Source: Paraspadella gotoi
Taxonomy: Eukaryota; Animalia; Chaetognatha
Reading direction: 5' to 3'
Length of the DNA: 64,000 nt
NCBI GenBank assembly: GCA_051294375.1
Contig: CM119267.1
Location: forward strand, 8,718,843 to 8,782,842
Of the stretch, positions 15,301 through 28,288 are shown piece by piece. Numbering within the stretch: the first letter of the stretch is position 1; each line of letters begins with the position of its first letter. The position numbers were made by a program, and so were the translations under genes. The notes under the pieces were generated by a model. It did not search any database, was not told the origin of the DNA, and saw nothing but the letters and a program-made list of their open reading frames with translations.

Positions 15301-18300
15301 TCTTCTCCTCTCCTTTACTTCTCCTGTCCCTCTCTCTCTTTCCTCACCTCCGTTATTCTCTTTCCCTCCTCTATTAACTCGCTATACCTGTCTCTTGATA
15401 TGCGTCTCTCACCGGCCTTGATATGCCTTATTAATTCCTTGCCTAGTTGAACTCGCTATCCTTCACCACTCCCTTCACTCATATATTCTTTTTTCTCTTT
15501 CTCATTTATTTGTGGGAAAATCGTTCTCCTTGTTATTAATCCCTTTTCTTAATGCTCCCTGTTACTCCGTCCTTTTCCCGAGGGTCTCCCTCACCATCTC
15601 CCTGATCCTCCCCTTCATTAATTTTCCCCTTCCTTGGCGCTCTTATCCTCTTGTCCCATTTTATGGTCTACTTCATCAGTTTGCCTCAACTCTCCTTGCA
15701 CATATATACTTATATTAATTTCGCTCTTTATATACCCTTCTCATATCCTCCTTCAATCTTCCTATCTAACTTCCCGAACCATAAGTTATGTGTATCGCTA
15801 TGATAACTATACACTTATAAACACCTCCAAACTGTTTATATTCTTTTCTTCCTTCCCAGTACTCTACTCTCCTCCACTCTCTACCTACCATTCCAATTAT
15901 CAGCGAATCTCTCTCTTCTCTAAACGATCCAAAAATACCTCTCATATAACCCTATTCCTACTCCATTATTGCATTTAATGCTGTACAGCTGTCACCTCAA
16001 TCACTAATTAGTCTATGACGTCGGGTCCTGCTCCCAGATAAGGGCGTAGGTACTTAATTATTAGAACGCGTTAGAAGACAACTAGATGATCCTCTATATA
16101 AAATAGGTAGCGTGTGCGCTAATTTGAGCCTCTCGGAGAACAATGATCGGCCTATTTATGCGTAATACTCTTGCTCATCTATCTTATCCGTGTACACATC
16201 TAACGTAAATCATTGCATATTGATTATTCACTCCGAGGATAATTAAGAGATACACGTGAGTGAGTGAATGGCTCAGGTATAATAAAGAGCTTTATTACTG
16301 CTCTATATTCCGCACGAGTAAGGTTAATTGATGATATAGGTATCTGTATATATTTTGTTCTCTCCGCCATATTAGTATTGTTTTTCTGTGCTGTAGGTTT
16401 TTATGTATAGTAGCAGTGTATTTATCGATTTGCTAAATTTTACAAGTGTTTTTATTCTCTCAGTCCTTTGAATGTTTTATAGTGAACTCTCTGTTACATG
16501 TTGTCTCTACATAATTTATTTTTACCGTGATCAATGCGCGAGGCAAAATCAGAAGTGTGAAAATATACAAAAAAAAAAAGAAATTGATATCGGACTGTTT
16601 ATTTTGAAATGATACGGAAATCTTAAAACCTCTGCTTGATGTGACAACAACGAGCGGAAATATACTCGTCAAATAAAAAGGAAAATTCCCCGAAATAGAA
16701 ATCTGCCCCCTTCGCTACTGGATCTACTTGACTCTTGTCGCGTTGGGTTTGACGCTGTTGGCAATGAGGCATCGGCCGTCGCAGACGGCGCTCCGCTCGA
16801 TTGGAAAGCGGAAAATAAACAGAAAAGGATCGGGTGAATATGAAGAGTGCCCCCGATTGCTCCGCTCGTTCACCCGCCCGACGCCTCCCGCATCTTCCGA
16901 GATTTCCTCGACTCGTTTCGACGACGCGCGCGTCAAATTGATTCTGACGGAGACGTCGGATCTCTTGTCGCCGTCGAGTGTGTCGACGAGGATGACGAAC
17001 GGATCGACGATCGTGAGCCGGTGTTCGGCGTCTTTGACGAAGACCTGGACAAACTAGAGGCCGGCTATCGACGAATTCCGAAGATGCGACCGTGATCGCT
17101 CCGACGAGGATCTTCAAAAATTTGGAAGATGACCGCATCGTCAATTACCAAAATCGTTGTGTCTCTTCCTTTTTCGCCCAAGTCGACATTATCGAAGATC
17201 TTCCGTACTTTCCGTGGAAGAAGCTTCACCTTCGCATCTACAGCCTTAAGAGGAAAGCAAGGCTCGGAGTAATGGTTGTTTTATTCATGTTGTTAAATGT
17301 CTCTGTTGTTTTTTAAAACCCCAGGAATTCTTTTATTTTTTTTTATAAATCATCTATCGATTTTACCAAATCCAAGGTACCGCTGGACTGGGCGAAGAGC
17401 AGGACTACGACGGCAACTTCAACCTCCCCGCCGAAGCTTTTCGATTCGTTCGAAGTTGAGCGCCGGCCACGCCCACCGAATCGCTCTTCTACCTTCCCGA
17501 GGACCCTGAACTCTTCGCCTGGCGCAAAACCTCGGCAGAGTTCAAGTCTTGCGTGCGAAAGTCTTCGTGTTCGCGGCGCAAAGTGTTCAGACGATGACGA
17601 AGAGGCAGACATCGAATCCTACATGGAAGGCATCGTCGCTGTCAGGTCTCTTGATGGCCGATCTCCGTGTTCATTCTTTCCTCAACTGCGGCAACTGCTA
17701 CTTCGGATGGTATCGCCAGTGCAGCCTCATTCCCAACGACTGGGACGTGACGTGCTGCACTGGAGCGCAGCGTGGATCTTTTACCCGGAGATCCTGCGGC
17801 GCATCAAAAGCCAGCCGGAGAAAGTTCAAGCTGAACGTGGCTCGTCTAAGACTACGGACCCGGTCAATTCGGGACCCTGGGCGGCAGGACGGAATTTACA
17901 TCAATTTGAACGTAAACGGCGGGAAATACATCGACGTTTATTTCAACTACCGACGAAAGGTATTTCAAGAAGGTTAACATCACGTGACTCACATATTCAA
18001 ACGTTCTTAAATTATGTTACGAATTTTGTTTTATGCTTTTCAATGTATTACATTTTAGGTTTTTTCTTTAAAAAATGATATACTTTATGAGTTTGCTAAT
18101 GACAGTTTAAGTTGAACGTTGAATTTCCGGCCAGGTCTACGACACTCGACATCATCCCGGCACCGTCGATAAGCTCGACTTCACCGTCGACATCTTTCGG
18201 CCGATCTCCACGGGCGTTCGTCAACGTCCCCTGGTTCCGACGAAAAGATTATCCAGATTTTGCGAATGGATTACGGAGAGGATACATGTTTTAACTTTTA

Positions 18301-20200
18301 ACTGGGAGAAAATTGGGCTGGAAAAAGAAGACGTGAATTCTACGAATTGTTTGTGTAACATTGACAAAATGATACGGCAGGACCGACAATCTTGACTTCT
18401 GGCCACAGTCTGGTACTACTGGTACTTCTGGAAAATATGTCTGGTTCGTTTCTAAAACGATTTTATTTCGCTTTCTAATTTTTGTGAATGTTTGTGCTCA
18501 TGACTCATTTAGTTTAGTCTTTTATTCAAGCATAATTAATTATAAATTTTATTTTCTATTTTTTGTCATTTTTTATATATTACTTTTTCCTTTAACTTGT
18601 CCAGCTTTAATGACTGTGCTTTTAGATTTTTTTTGTTTATATTTCAATATATGTGCGCATTAATTATATTCTTTTATTGAATAATCTGTCTCTTTAAAAG
18701 ATATGGTCAGAAAAGGTCAGAAAAGCTGGATAATATTGGGTGCATCAAACGTTCATCAGCGGCCATTGTGCCGGAGGCAAGTCATTTCGCTCCCACCCAA
18801 AGGTCTGGGGTTCTAGCCCGGTGGTTCGCCTGGCAGTTAAGAGGGACGGGGCGCTTAACCCGCCTGTAACTCTGGTGTTACAGCCTTGATCCGAAGCTCA
18901 GGGACTGCTTATATTGAACGGTTCTATCACTAACACATATATAATTACGTGTCTCTTCAATAAGAAGACAAAAAGCTGCACAAATCAAATAGCAAGTTGT
19001 GAATGTATGGAGATTCATTCTTGGAACCACTTTCCTCTCAGTCTTCTCTTCCTGTCAAGAGCAACTCATTAAATTCAATCGTCGCATAGAGAGAGAGATG
19101 AAATAATAGCATAAGGATAATGAATTGGGGGGAAATTTGCGGAGAAGAAGAGCATAATAGAAAATAGAATCATGAAGGAGATTATAACATGAAGAGAATC
19201 AAGAGCTCCGTTTTATCTCCCGAACTTTAAAATTCATTGCTACGACAATGCCTACCCACAATGTGAAAAGAAAAACCAAATGCCTAAAATCATAAAAAAA
19301 AAACTCCGCAGGAGGGCTCGTTATATTTCTAAACTCCAATCTCGAAGAATAAATAAAAAAAACGCATCGACCTTCAAGATATGTTTTAATCTGTAAGATT
19401 TATTGTTTTCGAGGATTGAACGTCGATTGTTTAGTCTATAAATTATAATTACAAGAGTTAAGACGTTTTGGTTTCTTAGCAACGTATCCGTGTGAAGTAT
19501 TAGTTCGGTTTTGCCAGTGAGAAACATTGCAGCTTCTCATCGCTTGCCCCAACCAACGAATCTCCTCGTCTCGGCCATTTGTATCCCTCAGACTTCGAGA
19601 GCTGCCATGGCTCAGTTGCAGCTCCCGCTCTCCGACGGAGCAGGAACAAAATTTTCTTTCAAAAAAGCTAACCGGTCAGAAATAACTTGGATGATATTTA
19701 ATTCGTTCATGAGAATATAACTTTTAACATTCGTTCTTTAGCTGCTCGTCGTTTGCCATGGAATCAAAAACTGCCTTGTGGCACCATGTTCTCGTTTGGC
19801 CAAACGCGCGGAAGGAACTACTTGTTATTGAGAACTCTCTCTCTCTTCTCTCTCTCTCTCTCTCTCTCTCTCCTTCTTCTTCTCTTCTCTGCTCTCTCTC
19901 TCGATGTCGTCTACTCTCAGACTCAGGTCCTATAGGCCTAAAGGTATCGTCTCCTCACGTGACACATTGAGTAGTACATTTGGACTCGCACACAGCCGTC
20001 TGATACCTTACAGGTTATAAACAGTCTATCTTTTTTCTCCGTTTGTTGTTCCCTTCTAGTTTTATGTCGTCTACAGACGCTCTTTATGCAGTCTTTGCGG
20101 TACAGAGTTTTCGGACCTCGTCGCGCTGTAATGTTTTCATCTAATATGTCTCTCTCATTTGAAACTAATCGTTAATTATGATTATTTTTTTTTTTTATCA
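12400..20200 (+). repeat. Low-accuracy copy of about 21770-27430 (probable raw long-read gap fill)
   Basis: Anchors in the same order: aaaccaaagttt (about 13546/22276), ttttctgagttca (about 13602/22320), cataagttatgtgtatcgc (15780/23337), then high identity 16430-19850 vs 23660-27070. The 14.3-16.4 kb part is expanded with C/T-rich noise. Confidence 0.8.
16670..18294 (+). pseudogene. Frameshifted second copy of the fukutin/LicD-like gene (probable raw long-read artefact, not a true paralog)
   Basis: Colinear with about 23930-25544 including introns and flanks. Differences are mostly scattered 1-nt indels that break every frame. It lies inside a larger duplicated block that degrades into noise on both sides. 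Confidence 0.6.
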
Positions 20201-21900
20201 TTGTCAGGCTGATTAAACTATATATATCGAGTGTTTCCTATTTTTATTTTAATTTTAACAGTAAAAAAAAAAATCCACATCCTTTACCTATTAACTTTTT
20301 TGTTTTGTTCTGTCTTTATTTTAATATTGATTCAATATGCTTTAATGAATCGCGCTAATATTTTCTGTTATACAAACCATTATGTTACAATTAGTATTAC
20401 TCGATTTGGTTTCTTCGTAAGCTTCTATGAACATGAGGGTTCTTTGACTTATTTTCTCGTGCTTTGACTCAGTTTTATTATTTCCTTTGACAACACACTA
20501 ATTTTTTTTAGATGTTCATGTTTTCTAGTAAGAGGGTATAAAAATTGAATACTATATTTCCAAAAATAATTGGCTGTTGCCCAAAAATGTATAACACTTT
20601 TTATAACTTCTACTTGTTCTCTTTCAAAAAAAATTTATTTTTCCTTTCTATTACTAAATCGATTTTCAATGCACTTTTTCTTGACTGACATATTTCATAT
20701 TGTTGCCACTGGTGGAATAGTCTTTTTAATTTTTTATTTAATAATTATAACAAATAACAAATTTATTTAAAAAATATTTTTTTATATTGTCGAACATTTT
20801 TTTTTTTGTCAAAAACGGGCGCATAAATTCCTATAAGCATTGAAAAATAGCTTCATTGAAGTGCCCAATTGTCAGATCAGTTACTACGATTGTTTTATAA
20901 AAATATTTTGGACTAAAAAATTGTTGGTCGTCGCAATGGTCGATCCTCCCATTGACTCCGACAAATGATAAATAGAAAAAACTGCGTTACACCATATTAT
21001 CTAGTAAAAAAAAAAACATATACATCATCGAACGGAAATCAATCATTCTAGGATACTTGGTAATTTATTTTAAATTTTTCATCATAAAACAAAAAATAAA
21101 ATTTATAAAAAATTTATAAATTAACCTTTAGTCTTAACTTTAAACAAGGACCATCAATCTATTACTTCTAAGAAATAATACATTTTGTTGAGTTTATTCT
21201 CAGTTATTAAAATAATTCTTGCGTCCTGTCAAACGTAGTAGTGTTATGGCCTGTCTCTTTGCCTCTATAGCTCAACATCTTCTATAATCGATATAAAATT
21301 TCTTTACTAACAATTATGTTTTTTCATTTATGCCATTTTTCTATACCTTACCGAGACCATCACGTGTACACCATCTATCTCACTTGAGCCGACTACGCTT
21401 CTTCCAGAAGCTCATCCATTGCAATCCGTCTCTTTAGCGATTTTTCATGCTGTTTTGTTTCCTCTGTCTTGAACCCCACTAAGAGGTCACACAGTGACCC
21501 CCAAATGAGGCCAGAAATTGTTACTGCAGATACATCTCTTAAGTAAAGACGACAGAATTCATATTTAATTGCGACGAACTGATTAATTGTATCAGAAACT
21601 AACCAGTTTAATCGATATCACCGAGAGAAAAAATTTCGGGGCAGTCAGTAGACAGATCTCACGACCATTCCTGAGACACGTTTTTTTATTTACAAATTAG
21701 ATAAAGTAATCCAAACTAGTTTTTCACTTTAACGAAATATAATATGATATAATATAATCAAGCCCAAAAATATAAATAAAATATAAAATAAATTAAAATC
21801 AAATTTTAAATTTTGATTTAGAGAGAAAACGAGTCTTCATCAGCATTTGATAATTTACAAGAGTTTCTCTCTGAGAGAGAGAGAGATGTAATGATTTTTC

Positions 21901-21969
<69 letters not shown>

Positions 21970-23953
21970 TCAAAAACCGTTCTTTCTTAAACTCATAAAC
22001 GCGACGAAAAGAAAGTTTATACACAATGTGTACTTTTATTTTAAAAATTGGTTGGTTTTATTTTTTTTTTATTTGCTTTAATGGTTGGCTGAGTAGAGAT
22101 CCTGATTATCATTATTATTATTATTATTGGAAAGAAAGAAAATAAAATCGCCGGCCGAATTATTTAAAAATTCCAATGCCCACTAAAAAAATATTTTGCT
22201 CTCTCGGTTCCAACGCCGGTCATAAAAAAATACCTTATTTGAAAGTATCTTTAAAATTATTTACTTTACAAATGTAAACCAAAGTTTTTTCTCTCTCTCG
22301 CCAATTCGATTCAATTCGCTTTTCTGAGTTCAATAAATCGATTCATCTCATTTTGTTCGCCATTTTTATCTATCTATTGGATTTATTTCGAAAAATAATT
22401 ATATGAAATTGGTACAACCAATATAAAAATTATCCATTCATTTAATAAATAAGCTATCTTGCCCCTGACTTTGGACAGGCTTTGGTTGTTTAAGGCCTCC
22501 ATCACTTTTAGACTCTCACAGTCTCATTTATTCACTCCCAGTGTACCTACCAGAATATATATTAATTATCTCGACTTTGCTTTGTGACTTCCGTACTTTC
22601 GTATCTCCAACTCAACGTGTTCATATCAGTGAACTTACTTCTTTTTTGCATTTTTTTCTTCTTAAAATATTCATTGTCAAATATGCATTTTTTCGATAAG
22701 CGCATGTCTCAGATACTTATTTATTTAAAACTCATACAATTCGCTTGCCCATTTAGTAACTCCATTTTTCGGATTTTCCAGATTTTCCAGATTATTATTA
22801 CAGAATAAACTACTAAGAATAATATTAGATAATATTGACAATATTTCAAGTTATATTATTTTTAGCCGAGTATTTCACGTGAAAACACGCAAAACCTGGT
22901 AGAATTATGAAACAAGCAAAATAAAATTTATTTCAACCTGCCCCTACATGACTGTTAAGAATTCAATAAAAGTAAAAACCAAACATACTAATTACAAAAT
23001 ACTCTCAATACGACAATAAGTGTATCATAATCCCAGTTGATCCAATGGCTGAAGAAACAAAAGTCATACTAATGTGCAAACAGCGCTTCCTCTAAATTAA
23101 CATTTATTCCAAGTACAAAAGGAAAACAAATGATCCATGATCTTCACCTGAATTATAATTAATGAATAAACAATATTTTATATATTTGTGGGAAATGTTG
23201 TAAACTGTCTAATGTATAGCTAGGGCCAAGATTGACTCATAAAGGTATTTTGTCCAATTTATAGGTTATTCATCATTGCCTGAATGCAATAACTATTAAT
23301 TTTCGCCTTATATCCAACTTAACTTTATAACTCGAACATAAGTTATGTGTATCGCATGAAAAAAACATAACATAAAAAGCATAACATTACATACCTATAA
23401 TACAGAATCCAAAGAATTTTATCTTTAAATCAAACCTAACAAATTCTTGCAGGGAGAAATCGGAGTGAACTTGAATTAGACAAACAAAGTGTTTTATTAT
23501 CGGTTCAATTTCGTTCGCGACAGAGCTTTAAATCGTGAGCTTATCTCAACTAAATGCAGTCGATCTCAAGTTGCGATGGCTCGTGATAAGCCTTCGCCTC
23601 TAGGAGGAAGAGGAAGTGAAAGAAGGAGAAAGGTGAGGAGAAGGAAGAGGAGAAGGACGAGGCTAAATTTTCAAGTTTTATTTTCAGCGTGAAATGTTTT
23701 TAACTCGATTGTCCTACAAAATTTTTTCGTGATTCAATGCGGGGAAAAAACAGAAGGGGAAAATCAAAAAAAAGAAATTGTATACGACTGTTTATTTTGA
23801 AATGATACGGAAATCNNNNNNNNNNGGGAAGAAACAGAAGGGGAAAATCAAAAACAGAAATTGTATACGACTGTTTATTTTGAAATGATACGGGAATCTT
23901 AAACCCTCTGCTTGATGCAACAACGAGCGGAAATATACTCGTCTAAAAAAAAC

Positions 23954-25544
23954 ATGAAAATTCTCCCGAATAGAAATCTGCCCCTTCGCTACTGGATCTA
24001 CTTGACTCTTGTCGCGTTGGGTTTGACGCTGTTGGCAATGAGGCATCGCCGTCGCGACGGCGCTCCGCTCGATTGGAATGCGGAAAATAAACAGAAAAGG
24101 ATCGGGTTGAATATGAAGAGTGCCCCCGATTGCTCCGCTCGTTCACCCGCCGACGCCTCCGCCATCTTCCGAGATTTCCTCGACTCGTTTCGACGACGCC
24201 GCGTCAGATTGATTCTGACGGAGACGTCGGATCTCTTGTCGCCGTCGAGTGTGTCGACGAGGATGACGAACGGATCGACGATCGTGAGCCGGTTCGGCGT
24301 CTTTGACGAAGACCTGGACAAACTAGAGGCGGCTATCGACGAATTCCGAAGATGCGACCGTGATCGTCCGACGAGGATCTTCAAAAATTTGGAAGATGAC
24401 CGCATCGTCAATTACCAAATCGTTGTGTCTCTTCCTTTTCGCCAAGTCGACATTATCGAAGATCTTCCGTACTTTCCGTGGAAGAAGCTTCACCTTCGCA
24501 TCTACAGCCTTAGAGGAAAGCAAGGCTCGGAGGTAATGGTTGTTTTATTCATGTTGTTAAATGTCTCTGTTGTTTTTTAAAGCCCCGAGGAACTAATTTT
24601 TTTTTATAAAATCATCTATCGATTTTACCAAATCCAAGTACCGCTGGACTGGCGAAGAGCAGGACTACGACGGCAACTTCAACCTCCCCGCCGAAGCTTT
24701 CGATTCGTTCGAGTTGAGGCCGGCCACGCCCACCGAATCGCTCTTCTACCTTCCCGAGGACCCTGAACTCTTCGCCTGGCGCAAAACCTCGGCAGAGTTC
24801 AAGTCTTGCGTGCGAAAGTCTTCGTGTTCGCGACGCAAGTGTCAGACGATGACGAAGGAGAGAGACATCGAATCCTACATGGAAGGCATCGTCGCTGTCA
24901 GGTCTTTGATGGCCGATCTCCGTGTTCATTCTTTCCTCAACTGCGGCACGCTGCTCGGATGGTATCGCCAGTGCAGCCTCATTCCCAACGACTGGGACGT
25001 TGACGTGCTGCACTGGAGCAGCGTGGATCTTTACCCGGAGATCCTGCGGCGCATCAAAAGCCAGCCGGAAAAGTTCAAGCTGAACGTGGCTCGTCTAGAC
25101 TACGGACCCGGTCAATCGGGACCCGGGCGGCAGGACGGATTTTACATCAATTTGAACGTAAACGGCGGGAAATACATCGACGTTTATTTCAACTACCGAC
25201 GAAAGGTATTTCCAAGAAGGGTTAACATCACGTGACTCACATATTCAAACGTTCTTAAATTATGTTACGAATTTTGTTTTATGCTTTTCAATGTATTACA
25301 TTTTAGGTTTTTTCTTTAAAAAATGATATACTTTATGAGTTTGCTAATGACAGTTAAGTTGAACGTTGAATTTCCGGCACAGGTCTACGACACTCGACAT
25401 CATCCCGGCACCGTCGATAAGCTCGACTTCACCGTCGACATCTGTTCGGCCGATCTCCACGGGCGTCTCGTCAACGTCCCCTGTTCCGACGAAAAGATTA
25501 TCCAGATTTTGCGAATGGATTACGGAGAGGATTACATGTTTTAA
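23954..25544 (+). CDS. FKTN-like: Fukutin-like / LicD-family nucleotidyltransferase-fold phosphotransferase, type II membrane protein; join(23954..24532,24639..25205,25383..25544), about 435 aa
   Basis: ATG at 23954 is followed by a short basic tail and a hydrophobic anchor (MKILPNRNLPLRYWIYLTLVALGLTLLAMRHR). Two phase-0 GT-AG introns (GAG|gtaatg...ccaag|TAC; AAG|gtattt...cacag|GTC) join the frames. Exon 2 has FLNCGTLLGWYRQCSLIPNDWDVDV, close to fukutin [25 protein letters not shown] (recalled), with the DxD motif. Exon 3 ICSADLHGRLVNVPC...ILRMDYGEDY resembles the fukutin C-terminal LCWT...VHVPC...IEANYG. Orthology to FKTN is not established. Confidence 0.88.
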
Positions 25545-26005
25545 CTTTTAACTGGGAGAAAATTGGCTGGAAAAAGAAGACGTGAATTCTACGAATTGTT
25601 TGTGTAACATTGACAAAATGATACGGCAGGACCGACAATCTTGACTTCTGGCCACAGCTCTGGTACTACTGGTACTTCTGGAAATATGTCTGGTTCAGTT
25701 TCTAAAACGATTTTATTTCGCTTTCTATTTTTGTGAATGTTTGTGCTCATGACTCATTTAGTTTAGTCTTTTATCAAGCATAATTAATTATAAATTTTAT
25801 TTTCTATTTTTTGTCCATTTTTTATATATTACTTTTTCCTTTAACTTGTCCAGCTTTAATGACTGTGCTTTTAGATTTTTTTTGTTTATATTTCAATATA
25901 TGTCGATTAATTATATTCTTATTGAATATTGTCTCTTAAAGATATGGTCAGAAAAGGTCAGAAAGCTAATAATATGGTGGACTAAAATCCACCAACCGTT
26001 CATCA

Positions 26006-26215
26006 GCGGCCATTGGTGCCGGAGGCAAGTCATTCGCCTCCCAACCCAAAGGTCTGGGGTTCTAGCCCGGTGGTCGCCTGGCAGTTAAGAGGGACGGGGC
26101 GCTTAACCCGCCTGTAACTCGGTGTTACAGCCTGATCCGAAGCTCAGGGACTGCTTATATTGAACGGTTCTATCACTAACACATAATTACGGTCTCTTCA
26201 ATAAGAAGAAAAAAG
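26006..26215 (+). mobile_element. tRNA(Gly-CCC-like)-derived SINE-like element
   Basis: 72-nt head 26006-26077: acceptor stem GCGGCCA/TGGTCGC, A-box-like TGGTGCCGGAGG, loop CT-CCC-AA, B-box-like GGTTCTAGCCC. The anticodon stem does not pair, so it is not a functional tRNA. A structured body and an A-rich tail (aataagaagaaaaaag) follow. A noisy duplicate lies at about 18758-18975. Confidence 0.6.
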
Positions 26216-27079
26216 CTGTCACAAATCAAATAGCAAGTTGTGAATGTATGGAGATTCATTCTTGGAACCACTTTCTTCTCTTTCTCTTCCTGTCAAGAGC
26301 AACTCATTAAATTCAATCGTCGCATAGAGAGAGAGATGAAATAATGCGAGATAAGAATTGGGGGGAAATTTGCGGAGAAGAAGAAGCGATAATAGAAAAT
26401 AGAATCATGAAGGAGATTATAACTGAAGAGAATCAAGAGCTCCGTTTTATCTCCCGGAACTTTAAAATTCATTGCTACGACAATGCTACCCACAATGTGA
26501 AAAGAAAAACAAATGCCTTAATCATAAAAAAAAACTCCGCAGGAGGGCTCGTTATATTCTAAACTCAATCCCGAAGAATAAATAAACAAAAACGCATCGA
26601 CCTTCAAGATATGTTTTTAATCTGTAAGATTTTATTGTTTCGGAGGATTGAACGTCGATTGTTTAGTCTATAAATATAATACAAGAGTTAAGACGTAATT
26701 TGGTTTCCTTAGCAACGTATCCGTGTGAAGTATAATTCGGTTTTGCCAGTGAGAAACATTGCAGCTCTCATCGCTGCCCCAACCAACGAATCTCCTCGTC
26801 TCGGCCATTTGTATCCCTCAGACTCGAGAGCTGCCATTGGCTCAGTTGCAGCTCCCGCTCTCCGACGGAGCAGGAGCAAAATTTTCTTTCTAAAAAGCTA
26901 ACCGGACAGAAATAACTTGGATGTATTTATTCGTTCCATGAGAATATAACTTTTAACATTCGTTCTTTAGCTGCGATCGTTTGCCATGGAATCAAAAACT
27001 GCCTTGTGGCACCAGTTCTCGTTCTGGCCAAACGCGGCGGAAGGAACTACTTTGTTAGAGAACCTCTCTCTCTCCTCTT

Positions 27080-27160
<81 letters not shown>

Positions 27161-27448
27161 GTCCTTGGGCAAGGATCGCTGCCTCCTCACTGCCTTGATG
27201 TACGACCGAACACAGCCGTCTGATCCTTACAGGATAAACAGTCTATTTTCTCGTTTTTCTCGTCAACGGCGTCGTCCGGCGTTTTCGACGCCGCGGATTA
27301 AGTTGTCGAGCGGTGCCCTCGAAGCCCGCATCGTTCTCGTCCCGTCAACGTCCCCGTAGGGAGGACATCGTCTCCCAAGTCGTCTCATATTTCTGTTCAT
27401 CTAATTGAGAAAATTACGATATCCTTCCGCCTTCTCTCTATCTCACTA

Positions 27449-27513
<65 letters not shown>

Positions 27514-27656
27514 CCTCTCTCTCTCTCTCCTCCGTTTTTTTCTCTCTCTACCTCTTGTTGTTATATCATGTTTGTTAATTTGAAACATCTGATTTTAATG
27601 ATTCCATTGCCAATTGACCTTTACTTGCAGAATTACCGTTTTCACACACACACTCT

Positions 27657-27719
<63 letters not shown>

Positions 27720-27865
27720 CCCGTTTTTATTTCTCTCTACCTCTTAATGCCTTTTTTCCTCCCACGCTTATTAATGTCTGTTGTTATATCATGTTTGTTA
27801 ATTTGAAACATCTGACTTTAATGATTACCATGCCAATTGACCTTTACTTGCAGAAATACCGTTCT

Positions 27866-27916
<51 letters not shown>

Positions 27917-28235
27917 ATTCTTTTTATCTCTTGTCTGATGCAAGAAATGTTGACAGAATTTATGATTTGAAAGTGTTGCACCCAAATATCGATTTGGACG
28001 ACTTTCTACCTTCTGTGTCTACTATGCTAATTAGTGACATCGGTGAAAGTATAAAACCTTTTACTGAAATGGCTTTTCCTACTGCAACCCGATACCCATC
28101 GGGCTATTTGCTTTTTCCTAGCGTTTTCGACTCTTCAGCCAGTCTCTTGAACTTTACAACGTTCGTAATCTTTCGGAATGAATGTGAGGAATGAAGAATG
28201 TTTTCAAAGAAAAACTATTCGGTCGTCGGGAGGGG

Positions 28236-28288
<53 letters not shown>

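Noticed and set aside
14300-16000. Pyrimidine-rich ORF cluster (S/L/F/P-rich)
   Set aside because: Noise-expanded copy of about 22750-23420; composition-driven ORFs.
17265-17380. One-nucleotide intron sliding between the two fukutin-like copies (GA|gt..ag|G vs GAG|gt..ag|)
   Set aside because: Both changes are G-count differences in a copy full of 1-nt indels and cannot be distinguished from sequencing error.
26006-26077. Functional tRNA-Gly gene
   Set aside because: The anticodon stem and D arm do not pair, the T loop is non-canonical, and there is no nearby T-run terminator; it continues into a SINE-like body.
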